IMG/VR virus record: IMGVR_UViG_3300034071_001657
Reading direction: 5' to 3' (one strand)
From: a virus
DNA: 64,000 nucleotides
The position numbers were made by a program, and so were the translations under genes. The notes beneath the pieces are model-generated. The model was not told where the DNA came from. It saw nothing but the letters and a program-made list of their open reading frames with translations, and ran no database searches. Within the stretch, counting starts at the first letter, position 1; the number at the start of each line of letters is the position of its first letter. Shown here in pieces: positions 63,847 to 64,000 of this stretch.

Positions 63847-64000
63847 ATACCATACCTTCCGCGTAGGGCTTGAAAATTTTGCGCGATCTCTGCCGCGCTT
63901 AATGCTTTTTTGTATGCCTTGATTACCGATAGTTTTCCAGTATATATGCCGCAGCAAGGACTGCGCACAATTCCAGGTGCAGACGCATTCTGTGCTGTCT
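63843..64000 (-). CDS. LamG-domain protein, 3' end only (truncated by window)
   Basis: frame ends ...QNFQALRGRYGI-stop with ATGA overlap. Confidence 0.7.
   Translation of the reverse strand, partial: TAQNASAPGIVRSPCCGIYTGKLSVIKAYKKALSAAEIAQNFQALRGRYGI

Overview
A 64 kb segment of a large lytic T4-like (myovirus) dsDNA phage genome. Essentially every gene lies on the minus strand and the standard genetic code is used. A Gram-negative host is implied by two-component spanins; the rest of the host assignment is inference. Read in the direction of transcription (right to left), the window contains: (1) tandem LamG-domain genes; (2) a stress block (Dps, HTH protein, an uncalled rubredoxin, Hsp20); (3) the T4 replication core (gp43, UvsX, gp40-like, gp41); (4) late/virion genes, including two large modular proteins built from domains joined by acidic, prohead-protease-like linkers; (5) a lysis cassette (spanins, GH19 endolysin, holin candidates); (6) gp61 primase, ThyX, NrdA and NrdB; (7) a secreted Cys-repeat/membrane cassette; (8) auxiliary genes (RuvC-like, ClpP, SET, metallophosphoesterase, glutaredoxin, RNase H); (9) a 24-tRNA array covering all 20 amino acids; (10) a hyperplastic early region of small ORFs driven by repeated sigma70 promoters carrying a TGTTG-N8-CAACA palindrome; (11) DenV-like and PhoH genes. 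The most unusual features are an unexplained ncRNA module inside the tRNA operon (four 17-nt inverted-repeat arms framing two inserts and a tRNA-elbow mimic), an rrn-type boxA in that operon's leader, a non-canonical UAU tRNA, the operator-promoter regulon, SD-encoding gene-junction cassettes and the putative capsid-packaged polyproteins. All functional calls come from motif recognition by eye, not from database searches.
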